From IMG/VR virus record IMGVR_UViG_3300025122_006404, positions 23,672 to 87,671 of that record: a stretch of DNA of 64,000 nucleotides; one strand, 5' to 3'. The translations under genes were made by a program, and so were the position numbers. The notes beneath the pieces were generated by a model. That model had not been told where the DNA came from and did not search any database. It saw only the letters and a program-made list of their open reading frames with translations. Positions 19,696-30,044 of the stretch are shown here, in pieces. Position 1 is the first letter of the stretch, and every line of letters begins with the position of its first letter. Origin of the DNA: a virus.

Positions 19696-19744
19696 GATTA
19701 ATATTAAACTTTTTCATAGATATATAGATAATAGTTAAGACTTC

Positions 19745-20032
19745 ATGGCATCAAAACAAATTGGTAAAGTTGGTCCCGATCTACAGGAAGAAAAGTCTGT
19801 ATCTTTTAGGCGAAAAGAAGACGGATTTTTTGAAAAAATCGAGCTAATTGCCGTACGAGACTTAAAGATTGGCAAGATAATTCGTTCATCTAAGATCGTA
19901 GCAGAGGAAGATTACGAGCTCATTTCTGATTCTTCCGAAGATTTTGATGAGACGATGTCTTATGAGGACATCGATGGAAAGACAGTGACCTTAAAATTTA
20001 AAAGACTTGAAAATACAGACAATGAGAAATGA
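19745..20032 (+). CDS. Hypothetical protein
   Basis: 95 aa ORF. Confidence 0.55.
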   Translation: MASKQIGKVGPDLQEEKSVSFRRKEDGFFEKIELIAVRDLKIGKIIRSSKIVAEEDYELISDSSEDFDETMSYEDIDGKTVTLKFKRLENTDNEK

Positions 20033-20228
20033 TAAAGATAACGTGATTGATTTTTTATCTTTCCTGAGAAAAACGTCTAGATCTAAAAAGACAGATAATG
20101 CTAATGAAAATGAGGTATCCTTTAAGCCAGCAGGAATAAGCTTGCCAGAAAAAATTCTGATCAGTCTCTGTTTCATGTCTCTGTTTGGAATAGTGTTATT
20201 TGCTATTGTGGCAATTTTTCTCCCATAG
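20007..20228 (+). CDS. Small protein with C-terminal TM helix
   Basis: DNVIDF motif, hydrophobic tail. Confidence 0.5.
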   Translation: MKIQTMRNDKDNVIDFLSFLRKTSRSKKTDNANENEVSFKPAGISLPEKILISLCFMSLFGIVLFAIVAIFLP

Positions 20229-20238
20229 CTCTGCATTC

Positions 20239-20267
20239 GTGTAAATCGCTTACTTCTGTGATATAAT
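20239..20267 (+). promoter_or_regulatory. Sigma70-like promoter for tRNA cluster
   Basis: GTGTAA-N17-TATAAT with TG extension, 13 nt before first tRNA. Confidence 0.7.
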
Positions 20268-20280
20268 TTTACTATGATTT

Positions 20281-20357
20281 CGGCTTCTAGCTCAATCGGT
20301 CAGAGCAACGGTCTCATAAACCGTAGGTTCTGGGTTCAAGTCCCAGGGAGCCGACCA
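20281..20357 (+). tRNA. tRNA with CAU anticodon (Ile2 or elongator Met)
   Basis: CGGCTTC/GGAGCCG acceptor, ACGGT-CTCATAA-ACCGT, encoded CCA; paired C1-G72 and no GGG/CCC so not initiator. Confidence 0.9.
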
Positions 20358-20368
20358 ATTTTTAGTGG

Positions 20369-20443
20369 GGGACCTTAGCTCATCGGGTAGAGCACTGGAC
20401 TTTTAATCCAGCGGGCAGGGTTCGAGTCCCTGAGGTCCCACCA
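20369..20443 (+). tRNA. tRNA-Lys(UUU)
   Basis: GGGACCT/AGGTCCC, CTGGA-CTTTTAA-TCCAG, CCA. Confidence 0.92.
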
Positions 20444-20457
20444 TCTTTAGAATCTAT

Positions 20458-20658
20458 TTGAGTAGGAGAAATATACAAATGGAGATAAGCTATACCATTA
20501 TGGTTTATAATAAGAAAACACAGAAATATACAGAAATAGTTCCCTCTTTCTTAGGAAAAAGTCGAGAAGATGCTGAGCAAAGATTTAAGAGAGAGAGGAA
20601 CTGGAAGCCTATTTCGAGTGATGAGGTGCTATTTGTAAAGGGTCCGGTGTGTAGATGA
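20458..20658 (+). CDS. Hypothetical protein between tRNAs
   Basis: AGGAG RBS suggests start at ATG 20479. Confidence 0.5.
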   Translation: MSRRNIQMEISYTIMVYNKKTQKYTEIVPSFLGKSREDAEQRFKRERNWKPISSDEVLFVKGPVCR

Positions 20659-20663
20659 TATAG

Positions 20664-20746
20664 GGCCGGGTGGTGGAATCGGTAGACACGACAGACTCAA
20701 AATCTGTTACCCATTGGGTGTGAGGGTTCGAGTCCCTCTCTGGCCA
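20664..20746 (+). tRNA. tRNA-Leu(CAA)
   Basis: GGCCGGG/TCTGGCC, ACAGA-CTCAAAA-TCTGT, long variable arm. Confidence 0.9.
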
Positions 20747-20778
20747 CTCTTTAACTAGACTTTTCACGAGAGTAATAA

Positions 20779-21033
20779 ATGAATGATATCTTAGCTAAAA
20801 ATGTGGGAGTCCAGCTTTTAATGATGCAGGATTATAAAAAGGCGGCGAAATACTTATTCGATATGATTAAAAATAATATTCTTTGTGAGAATAAAGACAT
20901 CAAGAATTATCTGATCTCTCTAATGGAGGTAATTTCATCGCATGACGATCAGTATGCTCAAGATATGGTTCTTCACTTTACGGATGTGTTAGTTCCAGAA
21001 TTAAAAAAGGAGGTAAAAAGTGAAAAACAGTGA
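20779..21033 (+). CDS. Hypothetical protein
   Basis: 84 aa ORF. Confidence 0.55.
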   Translation: MNDILAKNVGVQLLMMQDYKKAAKYLFDMIKNNILCENKDIKNYLISLMEVISSHDDQYAQDMVLHFTDVLVPELKKEVKSEKQ

Positions 21034-21433
21034 ATGGAGTCAGACATCTATGCTCACAACTATTGTTAATCCAACTGTGCAAGGGTATGAGATTAAGATT
21101 AAAAGTCCTGAGGTGACATTTCTAGGGGTAAAGGATCAGCCTGACTTTGCTGATTTATATCTTACTTTTTATCCGGAAGAAAAGGTGATAGAGCTTAAGT
21201 CTTTTAAAAAATATCTTCATCAATTTAGAAATAAAATTATTTCCTATGAGAGATTAATTAATGTAATCTATGATGATGTGATGAGAACATACAAGCCTAA
21301 TCGATTAAGAATTGTAATGACGTGCAATCCAAGAGGCGGAATTAGTTCTCGATTGACTATCGATTCTGACTGGGAAATTCGCGGAGGAAAAGAAGCCTAT
21401 CGAGACTGGACTGGCCAATCTGACGAGTGGTAA
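21020..21433 (+). CDS. queF: QueF-like T-fold protein lacking the catalytic Cys
   Basis: PEVT...QPDFA, IELKSFKKYL QueF motif, PRGGI. Confidence 0.8.
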   Translation: MKNSEWSQTSMLTTIVNPTVQGYEIKIKSPEVTFLGVKDQPDFADLYLTFYPEEKVIELKSFKKYLHQFRNKIISYERLINVIYDDVMRTYKPNRLRIVMTCNPRGGISSRLTIDSDWEIRGGKEAYRDWTGQSDEW

Positions 21434-21530
21434 TGCTGCTAGGGTACAAGTAATTCAGATACTAATTAACAATGCTTTAAATGCTGAAATTGATAGGAGA
21501 ATTAGATCTGTAATTTCAAGCAGGTTCAAG

Positions 21531-21752
21531 ATGGATAACAAACATCTTGAACCTTCATTTATTCACTACGATCCCGTTTGGGGAAAAGGGCAGAATGGAA
21601 ACAAGTCTTTAAAATCAATAAGGGTGAAGAGGTTTAAGCAGGAAAGAGGATACGCGGTTATAGATGAAAAATATTCATCATCATTTAAAGTGATGCTTCC
21701 AGAGATTATTAAATTTTTTGAGACATGGGGAGCTACAAGAACTCGATTTTAA
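21531..21752 (+). CDS. Hypothetical protein
   Basis: 73 aa ORF; frame stays open upstream without a canonical start. Confidence 0.45.
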   Translation: MDNKHLEPSFIHYDPVWGKGQNGNKSLKSIRVKRFKQERGYAVIDEKYSSSFKVMLPEIIKFFETWGATRTRF

Positions 21753-21795
21753 TAGTTGAAAATGAGATATTTATGATTAGAATAAGGAGTTAATC

Positions 21796-22047
21796 ATGAA
21801 GTCTATTGCAATTTTCAATAGTGGGGATGAGTGGTACAGTTCGAGTGAGATAAGTCTTGTATTTTGGGAAGATGATCTGACATTTGATCAATTTACAGAG
21901 AGATATAATGATGGAGACTATTTAGATGCAGCGAGAGATGATATTGCTCGAGGCAGGGCTACGTCAGTTCAGCTGTGTGAAATAGTTAGATTTTATGAAA
22001 AATTTATTCTTGGAGTAAATAGTGTAAACTTAAAATCTTCCAAGTAA
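21796..22047 (+). CDS. Hypothetical protein
   Basis: AAGGAG RBS; ATATTTAT at 21767. Confidence 0.6.
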   Translation: MKSIAIFNSGDEWYSSSEISLVFWEDDLTFDQFTERYNDGDYLDAARDDIARGRATSVQLCEIVRFYEKFILGVNSVNLKSSK

Positions 22048-22058
22048 ATTATTACTAA

Positions 22059-22135
<77 letters not shown>

Positions 22136-22156
22136 TTCTGCAGGATACGATACAAT

Positions 22157-22372
22157 ATGATTCAAAAAATTTTATTAAAACTACTTTTTAAAACTCACGA
22201 GGTTAGACTCGGTTCACTGATGTGCGGCGATATAGTTTTACATCAAGGGGAACTATGGAGAATTATTAATCCAATGAAGGGAGGAAAGCTTGCTGCAAAG
22301 GTGGGAGACGACCATGTTTCTGCTTGCCTTGGGGTGGGAATGTATAGGACAGTTTTAGGACTAAGATTTTAG
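22157..22372 (+). CDS. Hypothetical protein
   Basis: Start moved to ATG 22157 to avoid the tRNA; CGDIV motif. Confidence 0.5.
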   Translation: MIQKILLKLLFKTHEVRLGSLMCGDIVLHQGELWRIINPMKGGKLAAKVGDDHVSACLGVGMYRTVLGLRF

Positions 22373-22378
22373 GTTGAT

Positions 22379-23035
22379 ATGAAAGATTATTATTCAATTT
22401 TAGGTGTGGATGAAACTGCCTCAATGAGTCAAATTAAAAAGGCTTACCGTAAACTTGCTCAAAAATATCATCCAGATAAAAATCCAGGAAACTCCGAAGC
22501 AGAAGTAAAGTTTAAGGAAATAAGTGAGGCGTATGATACTTTATCCAATAAATCTAATAAGGAGAGATATGATGGCATGAGAAATGGATCAGCTTTCGGA
22601 GACGATTTTGGTTTCAATGATTTATTTGAGAGTATATTTGGGCTAGGAGATATCTTCGGGAGTGGCGGACACAGGAGGCAAACTCGTCAACCTCAACAAG
22701 AGAGAGTTATCAGATTTGATATCCCGCTGAGTGAGCTGCAATCAGAAAGAAAAATCAACAAGTCTTTTCAAGTGCAATATCAGGAAACGTGTTCATCTTG
22801 TGAAGGCTGCGGCGGCAGTGATATCCAGAAATGCCCGGCGTGTGGTGGATCGGGAAAAATTATTCAGTTTCATAAACAAGGTCCTCTGACATTTCAATCT
22901 TCGATTGCGTGCTCACACTGCCGAGGTGCGGGAAAAATTATTCACACGCCCTGTGGGCTTTGCCAAGGGGCAGGGATTATTCTTAAAACTGCAGAGTACG
23001 ATGTGACAATTAGCTGTCACAAGAAAAATAAATAA
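22379..23035 (+). CDS. dnaJ: DnaJ-like co-chaperone (J domain, G/F region, Zn finger; C-terminal domain truncated)
   Basis: KDYYSILG, HPDKN, four CxxCxGxG repeats. Confidence 0.92.
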   Translation: MKDYYSILGVDETASMSQIKKAYRKLAQKYHPDKNPGNSEAEVKFKEISEAYDTLSNKSNKERYDGMRNGSAFGDDFGFNDLFESIFGLGDIFGSGGHRRQTRQPQQERVIRFDIPLSELQSERKINKSFQVQYQETCSSCEGCGGSDIQKCPACGGSGKIIQFHKQGPLTFQSSIACSHCRGAGKIIHTPCGLCQGAGIILKTAEYDVTISCHKKNK

Positions 23036-23132
23036 AGCTGTTATTTTGATATCTAAATCAGAATAGTGATTAAATACATCTGAGACAGCTAGTATATTAT
23101 TATACGATAAGATCATCTAAGGAGAATAAATT

Positions 23133-23330
23133 TTGGGATCAAAAAGTCATCGTCAAAATCAGCACGTTAATCGCTTAATGAGAAAAATTGAAAAATTTAA
23201 AAAAAAGAATTGGAATATTGAAGGTTTGCAAAAAGAATTATCTTATGCAACCGGAGAGAAGGAAAGACCTGAATTTAAAACCGGCAGAGATGCTGATCCC
23301 CGATTAAAGCGTAAATATTTTAATGATTAG
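23133..23330 (+). CDS. Small basic hypothetical protein
   Basis: AAGGAG RBS, TTG start. Confidence 0.6.
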   Translation: MGSKSHRQNQHVNRLMRKIEKFKKKNWNIEGLQKELSYATGEKERPEFKTGRDADPRLKRKYFND

Positions 23331-23334
23331 GAGA

Positions 23335-23410
23335 TGGGGTGTAGTTCAATTGGCAGAACGTCGGACTGTTAATCCGGAAGTTGGAGGTTCGAGTCCTCCC
23401 GCCCCAGCCA
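23335..23410 (+). tRNA. tRNA-Asn(GUU)
   Basis: TGGGGTG/CGCCCCA, TCGGA-CTGTTAA-TCCGG, CCA. Confidence 0.92.
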
Positions 23411-23425
23411 CTAATAGAGGAAGTG

Positions 23426-23659
23426 ATGTCGCAATTTAAATTTCAAGATGGGGAGCTGGTAAAGATAAGACAATGGGATGAAGATAAAAATGATGAGAAA
23501 CCAGAAAAGCCGGTAGGCGTAATAGTTTCAAAAAGTTCCACGTCGCTATATGATATATGGAATCCCGGTAGATCGGTTATTCAGAATACTTATAGAATTC
23601 TATTGAACGGATCTTTAGTTAGCAAAGACGAAGAAGAGATTCAGAAAGTATCACCATGA
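23426..23659 (+). CDS. Small xGDLV-family protein
   Basis: FQDGELV...VGVIV; start ATG 23426 after GAGG. Confidence 0.65.
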   Translation: MSQFKFQDGELVKIRQWDEDKNDEKPEKPVGVIVSKSSTSLYDIWNPGRSVIQNTYRILLNGSLVSKDEEEIQKVSP

Positions 23660-23862
23660 AAATAGGAGATTTAATTAAAGTAAAATTTCACTATGACGCT
23701 ACTTTGAGTGTGGGTGATCTCGGGGTTATTATTGAAAAAAATATTATTGCTTTTGATGAAGAAAACCCCAAAGAGACAACTACCCCGGTATACAGGATTT
23801 TGTGTGGAGGAACAGACGAGCTCTGTTATCCTGAAGATCTTGAAATAATTTCTACACTATAA
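23656..23862 (+). CDS. Small MKxGDLV-family protein
   Basis: MKIGDLI...LGVII...DLEIIS. Confidence 0.75.
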   Translation: MKIGDLIKVKFHYDATLSVGDLGVIIEKNIIAFDEENPKETTTPVYRILCGGTDELCYPEDLEIISTL

Positions 23863-23963
23863 TAATTTTTAACATATAGATTTATAGATATAATGTTTTA
23901 TCACGGCACACCTTGCACGATGATTAAAATGTTACGTTAGTTAAGATATTTTGTGAGTTTGTA

Positions 23964-24164
23964 ATGAAATTTAAAGATTTTCTTTTAAGATATAAAATAG
24001 CTGATAATCAAAAAACAGAAATAGAAATAGAAAAACATACCGATGATATGGAAATTTCTTTCTTAGAGATGAAAGATCGATATGATTTAACGACCGAAGA
24101 AGTAGAGATTGCTTTAAAGCCATATAGAAATCGATATCAAGAAAAAAAGACACGAGGAAGATAA
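23964..24164 (+). CDS. Hypothetical protein
   Basis: 66 aa ORF directly upstream of aceB. Confidence 0.5.
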   Translation: MKFKDFLLRYKIADNQKTEIEIEKHTDDMEISFLEMKDRYDLTTEEVEIALKPYRNRYQEKKTRGR

Positions 24165-24166
24165 TA

Positions 24167-25699
24167 ATGCTATCTTGCTATAGTGAAATATTGTCGCCAG
24201 ACGCTTCGTATTTTTTAGAAGCTCTTTTTTCGTGTTTTCAAGACGATCTTAAATCTCTGCTAGAAGCCAGACAAGAAAGGCAGAAAGAATATGATCTTGG
24301 TAAGCTTCCAGATTTTCTTGAAGAGACTGCCAGCATTAGAGATGATAGTGTTTGGAAAGTCTCTGAAATCCCTCACGAGCTCTTAAATAGAAGAGTAGAA
24401 ATAACTGGTCCAACTGATAGAAAAATGGTGATAAATGCTCTTAATTCGGGAGCAAATGTTTTTATGGCAGATTTTGAAGATTCTCTTTCTCCTACTTGGA
24501 AAAACATCATAGAAGGTCAAAAAAATCTTAAAGATGCTGTTAACAGAACAATAGCATATGATCATCCTACTAAAGGAACCTATACACTAGACGATCAAAC
24601 GTCTGTGTTGTTCGTTCGCCCTCGAGGCTTACACTTAAAAGAGAAAAATTTTGAAATTAATGATAGTTCGATTTCTGCTTCGCTTTTTGATTTTGGAATA
24701 TTCATGTATCATAATGCAAATGAATTAGTGCAGCAGGGAACAGCTCCGTATTTTTATTTACCAAAGATTGAACACTACTTAGAAGCTAGATGGTGGAATA
24801 ATGTTTTTAACTGGGCACAGGACTATCTATCTATTCCAAGAGGTACGATTAGAGCAACAGTCTTAATCGAAACTTTGCCTGCAGCTTTTCAAATGGATGA
24901 AATTCTGTATGAGTTAAAAGACCATTCCGCCGGATTGAACTGCGGCAGGTGGGACTATATTTTTAGTTTTATTAAAACTATTAGAAATCATCCTGATAAA
25001 ATTTTGCCTAACAGATCACAGGTTACGATGATGTCTCATTGTATGAAGTCCTATAGAGATCTTCTCATACACACGTGTCACAAAAGAGGAATCCATGCCA
25101 TGGGAGGGATGGCAGCACAAATACCAATTAGAGACAATCCAGAAGAAAATGAAAAAGCTTTACAAGCTGTGAGAGAAGACAAGATCAGAGAAGTGCTTGC
25201 AGGCCATGATGGAACATGGGTAGCTCATCCAGGATTGATTCAGGTCGCCAAAGAAGTGTTTGATGAAATGATGCCTCATTCTAATCAGATTGAATTTTTA
25301 ACACCCAAAGTAAAAATTCAGAGCTCGGACTTGCTAAAGACTCCTCAAGGAGAAATCACAGAAGAAGGTCTTCGAAATAACATTAATATCGGGATCAGAT
25401 ATGTTGAATCGTGGCTTCGGGGAAATGGATGTGTTCCGCTTTATAATCTAATGGAAGATGCTGCCACAGCCGAAATTTCTAGAACTCAAGTGTGGCAGTG
25501 GATAAGACATGGTAAATTTACAGAGAAGGAATTTAAAAAAATATTAAGTGATGAGGTAAATAATATTAGAGTTCAAGTGGGAAATGTTGAGTTTATCAAT
25601 GGGAGATTTGCTGAAGCAGTATCTCTATTTGAAAAGTTATCAGTAGGTGAAGAGTTAGAGAATTTCTTAACTCTAGCAGCATATAAAAACATTGCATAG
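24167..25699 (+). CDS. aceB: Malate synthase A
   Basis: [54 protein letters not shown]. Confidence 0.97.
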   Translation: MLSCYSEILSPDASYFLEALFSCFQDDLKSLLEARQERQKEYDLGKLPDFLEETASIRDDSVWKVSEIPHELLNRRVEITGPTDRKMVINALNSGANVFMADFEDSLSPTWKNIIEGQKNLKDAVNRTIAYDHPTKGTYTLDDQTSVLFVRPRGLHLKEKNFEINDSSISASLFDFGIFMYHNANELVQQGTAPYFYLPKIEHYLEARWWNNVFNWAQDYLSIPRGTIRATVLIETLPAAFQMDEILYELKDHSAGLNCGRWDYIFSFIKTIRNHPDKILPNRSQVTMMSHCMKSYRDLLIHTCHKRGIHAMGGMAAQIPIRDNPEENEKALQAVREDKIREVLAGHDGTWVAHPGLIQVAKEVFDEMMPHSNQIEFLTPKVKIQSSDLLKTPQGEITEEGLRNNINIGIRYVESWLRGNGCVPLYNLMEDAATAEISRTQVWQWIRHGKFTEKEFKKILSDEVNNIRVQVGNVEFINGRFAEAVSLFEKLSVGEELENFLTLAAYKNIA

Positions 25700-25707
25700 G
25701 ATTTAAA

Positions 25708-26952
25708 ATGATTAATGATAAAAGTGAAAGATGGAAAGGAACGAAAAGGGAGTGGACCCAAAGCGATGTGGATCGACTAAGGGGTAGTTTAAAAATAGAG
25801 TATTCTCTAGCACGACATGGTGCAGAAAAATTGTGGAATTTATTACATAGTGACGATCCAGTGGCTGCACTGGGTGCATTAACTGGCAATCAAGCTGTTC
25901 AGCAAGCAAGAGCCGGCTTAAAAGCTGTTTACTTGTCTGGTTGGCAAGTTGCTGCCGATGCTAATCTTTCGGGACACATGTATCCAGATCAAAGTCTATA
26001 TCCGGCCAATAGTGTTCCTCATGTTGTAAAGAGAATAAATCAAGCTCTTCAAAGAGCTGACCAAGTTGAGAGTGTGGAAGGAAAGATTACTCGAGACTGG
26101 ATGATTCCTATCGTGGCAGATGCAGAAGCTGGATTTGGGGGTCCTTTGAACGCTTATGAGCTAATGAAAGGAATGATTGAGTCCGGTGCAGCCGGAGTTC
26201 ACCTTGAAGATCAGCTCTCTTCAGAGAAAAAATGTGGCCATCTTGGAGGAAAAGTCTTAATTCCAACACAGCAATTTATAGTTACTCTTAAAGCTGCCAG
26301 GCTTGCTGCTGATGTCATGGGAGTACCTACAATTTTAATTGCTCGGACAGATGCTAACAGCGCTAAGATGATGACTTCTGATATAGATCCCTATGACCAT
26401 CCATTTATGACTGGAGAACGGACTCCAGAAGGATTCTATAGGATTACAGGAGGCATAGAATGTGCCATAGCTAGAGGATTAGCGTATGCACCCTATGCAG
26501 ATCTATTGTGGTGTGAAACATCAACTCCTGATCTCGATGAAGCTCAAAGATTTGCTGATGCTATTCACGAGAAACATCCGGGAAAGCTACTTGCGTATAA
26601 TTGTTCTCCGTCATTTAACTGGAGAAAGAATCTAGATGATGACACAATTGGCAAATTTCGACACGAACTAAACCGGATGGGGTATAAGTTTCAATTTGTT
26701 ACGCTAGCAGGCTTTCATTCTCTCAACTACAGCATGTTTGATCTAGCTAGTGAATATGAGAAAAAAGGAATGACAGCTTACGTGTCTCTTCAACAGAGAG
26801 AATTCGGCGCCGAGGACAGAGGATATACAGCTACCCGTCACCAGAGAGAGGTGGGAACCGGGTACTTTGATAGCGTGAGTGGAGTGCTAAGTAAAGGGAA
26901 ATCTTCTACTCTCGCACTCAGTGAGTCTACAGAGAGCGATCAATTTGAATAA
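25708..26952 (+). CDS. aceA: Isocitrate lyase
   Basis: [22 protein letters not shown] active site, [21 protein letters not shown]. Confidence 0.98.
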   Translation: MINDKSERWKGTKREWTQSDVDRLRGSLKIEYSLARHGAEKLWNLLHSDDPVAALGALTGNQAVQQARAGLKAVYLSGWQVAADANLSGHMYPDQSLYPANSVPHVVKRINQALQRADQVESVEGKITRDWMIPIVADAEAGFGGPLNAYELMKGMIESGAAGVHLEDQLSSEKKCGHLGGKVLIPTQQFIVTLKAARLAADVMGVPTILIARTDANSAKMMTSDIDPYDHPFMTGERTPEGFYRITGGIECAIARGLAYAPYADLLWCETSTPDLDEAQRFADAIHEKHPGKLLAYNCSPSFNWRKNLDDDTIGKFRHELNRMGYKFQFVTLAGFHSLNYSMFDLASEYEKKGMTAYVSLQQREFGAEDRGYTATRHQREVGTGYFDSVSGVLSKGKSSTLALSESTESDQFE

Positions 26953-26996
26953 TCATAAAGATTATGTAGATATGATGAGATATTTATATCTGAGAA

Positions 26997-27878
26997 ATGA
27001 AGATCAAGATACGCCATCTAAGACAGATAATTTCTGAGGAACTGGAGTCCAGAGAGAAAGAGGCTCAGGAAGAAGTGAACCTTCCAGTCAGTGAATTTAG
27101 CCCTCCTGAAAAAACATTCTATATCTACGTGGTTGATAAAGATGATGCTCTTTATGAGAGATTTTCTTCTCTATTTAAGGCAGATCTATTTGGACATGGA
27201 TTTTTTATTAAAGGTTCCAATCTGATTGTCATCGACGGAGGAATAAAAGATGAGCCATGGTTTACTCGTGATCACATGAAGGCAATTGAGGCACACGAGG
27301 CAGCACACGGGATTGCGGGTCATGATCAGTATGGGATTCTAGAGCATGAAATTGAAGCTGATGAAATTGCAATTGAGCTTTTAAATGATAAAGGATACTC
27401 TAGAGCTGCGGAGCTTTTGGCTGCGAGATTAGAAGACATGAGAGAGGAAGAGCCGACTCCTTTGCAGGAATCGATAGTTTTTAAAAATTTTAACATTCGA
27501 TTACCCACTCAGAAAATCCAGTGTCTCGGAAAATCTATTGTTGTTGAAATTGCTCGAACACCTGAAACCAGGAAAGATGGACTAATGAATAGAATGCAAT
27601 TAGAAGAAAATAGCGGGATGCTTTTTGTTTTTCCCACGACAGACAGGCAATCCTTTTGGATGGAAAACACCTATATTCCTCTCTCCATAGCATTCCTCAA
27701 TGAAAACGGAAGGATCCTTAATATTGAGAACATGAAGCCTTTTGACAAGGTAAATAAATGCTCACGCGGTGCAGCAAAGTTTGCTCTTGAAATGAATCAA
27801 GGGTGGTTTAAAAGAAACGGCGTGACGTCAGGTGACGTGATTGAAGAAATTTTAAATCTAGCTGAAGGAGTTAGGTGA
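26997..27878 (+). CDS. Leader-tagged fusion: HExxH domain plus DUF192-like domain
   Basis: MKIKIRHLRQIISEELE; AHEAAH; GLMNR..GMLFVF..FWMENTYIPLSIAF..ALE. Confidence 0.8.
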   Translation: MKIKIRHLRQIISEELESREKEAQEEVNLPVSEFSPPEKTFYIYVVDKDDALYERFSSLFKADLFGHGFFIKGSNLIVIDGGIKDEPWFTRDHMKAIEAHEAAHGIAGHDQYGILEHEIEADEIAIELLNDKGYSRAAELLAARLEDMREEEPTPLQESIVFKNFNIRLPTQKIQCLGKSIVVEIARTPETRKDGLMNRMQLEENSGMLFVFPTTDRQSFWMENTYIPLSIAFLNENGRILNIENMKPFDKVNKCSRGAAKFALEMNQGWFKRNGVTSGDVIEEILNLAEGVR

Positions 27879-28150
27879 TGCTATTTTTTTTAATTGGGTG
27901 CGCCACCACATTAAGATTTCCGGTAAATTCTTTGCCTCCGGAGCCGTGCCTGGTGCAGGTTTTTATCGTGGAACAGTGGGATGACGAAGATCCAACATAC
28001 ACATGGAATCTCAGGTCTTCCCAGTGTCCACATAAGCAATATCCTGTCTCTTACTGGAGAAAAGGAAGGTGGGAAACCAGTGAGTGGGGGATTTTTTGGA
28101 ACTCCGGTGAGTGGATTGTTCCGCTTAGAAGGAACGGCATCCGGAGATGA
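27875..28150 (+). CDS. Trp-rich small lipoprotein
   Basis: LIGC lipobox; YWRKGRW, FWNSGEW. Confidence 0.55.
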   Translation: MMLFFLIGCATTLRFPVNSLPPEPCLVQVFIVEQWDDEDPTYTWNLRSSQCPHKQYPVSYWRKGRWETSEWGIFWNSGEWIVPLRRNGIRR

Positions 28151-28485
28151 TAAAAATCTTTGAGGCGCTGAAATTTAAAATAAACAGCTCCCTGATGAAA
28201 AAAATCCTCCTCCATCCACAAAATTCCAAAAATACTCATGTATTTCTAAAAAATATCAAGGACCAGTCTGATGGCGATTTGGTATCTTTTCTTGACGAGC
28301 TTGAATTAAGAATAGAAATGTGGTTAAGGTTTTTAGGGGTTAAAAAAAATCATCTTGATGCCAATATAAAAAATCTCGATCACATAATTGATCATGTGAA
28401 TTCATCTCGAGATCTCTCAGATCATGAAAAGAAAAGGGTCATCGATTTCATCAGCGTTGTCTCCGAAAAAATAAAAAATCTTTAA
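28147..28485 (+). CDS. Hypothetical protein
   Basis: ATGA overlap with previous gene. Confidence 0.55.
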   Translation: MIKIFEALKFKINSSLMKKILLHPQNSKNTHVFLKNIKDQSDGDLVSFLDELELRIEMWLRFLGVKKNHLDANIKNLDHIIDHVNSSRDLSDHEKKRVIDFISVVSEKIKNL

Positions 28486-28744
28486 AATCCCATGTTGTCA
28501 TAATCAATCTAGCTAGATGTTTTAAAATAAACATAGGATTATATGAAAGTACATCTTCCGAGATTTCCTGGTCTTGCTTTTGTTTCTTTGTTGCTAGCAA
28601 TTTGTCTCTGGGTATATGTCGTAATGGAAAAAGAAAAGATAAAAACACAAGAGCGAGATAGCTTTTCCTCTTCATCCCAGCAAAGAGATAGGTAAGCTGG
28701 ATTAATTTATTATATTGAAGGTATATTTATACTTGAGGTAAGAG

Positions 28745-29059
28745 ATGAAGCTCACTGAGTCTCAGATTAGAAGAATCGTCCAGCAAGAGATAAAAAGAAT
28801 TTTTGAACTGGAACGCTATGTTGGTAAGACAGTCGATGAGATTGTTAAGTCTCCCTCACCTCCCCAGGCTTTTCCGGGTGTCGTAGGTGCACCTGTTGCA
28901 GAGAAAAGACCCTGCACCACCATTAACGCTGAGATCTCGAGCACGGAAGCACAGATTGCAGCTCTGACGAGCTCTAACGCGGATCAAGCTAAAAAACCTG
29001 CCCTACAACAAGCTCTCGATGATCTTAAAAGCGAACAGCAAACCTGTTCGGGCGACTAG
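28745..29059 (+). CDS. Leader-tagged hypothetical protein
   Basis: MKLTESQIRRIVQQEIKRIFE; ATATTTAT at 28723. Confidence 0.75.
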   Translation: MKLTESQIRRIVQQEIKRIFELERYVGKTVDEIVKSPSPPQAFPGVVGAPVAEKRPCTTINAEISSTEAQIAALTSSNADQAKKPALQQALDDLKSEQQTCSGD

Positions 29060-29084
29060 ATAATTTTACGAGAAAGAGCATTTC

Positions 29085-29330
29085 ATGATATTTATGAATA
29101 GCATGGATCTTAGCATGTTAAAATTCAAACCAGGTGATTTACTTAGGGTGAAATTTTCGATGGGTCAGATTGAATCCTGTTTGACTCCCTCTATTCTAGT
29201 GCTTGAGATCCGAGATAGATTAGACTTGCTAGCTCACGTAAGTGTTCCCCACTACGTGATTTTTGACAAAGGCGGTGTAAGTGAAATAAGTGCCAGCATC
29301 TCTCACAGTCTAATGGAAAAAATTGTCTAA
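29085..29330 (+). CDS. Small xGDLV-family protein
   Basis: FKPGDLL. Confidence 0.6.
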   Translation: MIFMNSMDLSMLKFKPGDLLRVKFSMGQIESCLTPSILVLEIRDRLDLLAHVSVPHYVIFDKGGVSEISASISHSLMEKIV

Positions 29331-29666
29331 ATGATGTATTGGCTTTTAGTATTTTTGAGCGCCTGTTCTCTCAAGCTAAATATTGCAGGTAAGAATTTTA
29401 TCGCTAGTGAGAGTCTCTGCATTGACGGAGCGATGGTAAATATCGATGCAGCGGGATGTGAGTCTCTTTACTTTGGTGTTATTCCTCGAGATAACACCGT
29501 AAAAATTCGGTGCACATATTCTCCTAAAGAGAATTACTGGACGCAGTCCAGTTTTTATGCCACACCAAAAGATGCACAGACTTTAAATTTTTGGACCCTG
29601 ATCTGTATTGATCCTCTCGTAAATCTATATGCGGTCTCACCGCCTATTAGATTAAAAAATGAGTAG
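29331..29666 (+). CDS. Cys-containing lipoprotein
   Basis: LSAC lipobox. Confidence 0.6.
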   Translation: MMYWLLVFLSACSLKLNIAGKNFIASESLCIDGAMVNIDAAGCESLYFGVIPRDNTVKIRCTYSPKENYWTQSSFYATPKDAQTLNFWTLICIDPLVNLYAVSPPIRLKNE

Positions 29667-29733
29667 CTCGGTGATATAGTATTAAGGTCGTCTTTCTATT
29701 TTATAGAGAAGGTATAATTCTTAGGAGAATAAA

Positions 29734-29961
29734 ATGACTGAACATAAATTTATCGGGTGGCTGCAGAAATATCTTGATCACAATTATGATAAAGTGCTCA
29801 ATGAAAGGCAAGTCAACCTAATTAGAAGAACTTTACTCACAGTCCGTGAGACTGATACTGATGATATCTTGGATAAAAAACCGATTGATCGTGCGATTGA
29901 AGGGCTCGAAGAAGAGTACGAAGATGAAATTGAACTTTATGAGACTTTCGGCGGGGACTAG
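29734..29961 (+). CDS. Hypothetical protein
   Basis: AGGAG RBS; TATAAT upstream. Confidence 0.6.
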   Translation: MTEHKFIGWLQKYLDHNYDKVLNERQVNLIRRTLLTVRETDTDDILDKKPIDRAIEGLEEEYEDEIELYETFGGD

Positions 29962-30044
29962 CAGGATCGAGTTCTCAGACAATGACTATAAGCAATATAA
30001 CTTTATAGATCCTAAATATTACTATAACGGAATACTAAAGATTC

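Noticed and set aside
20281-20357. Initiator tRNA-fMet
   Set aside because: Has a paired C1-G72 and lacks the three consecutive G-C pairs in the anticodon stem
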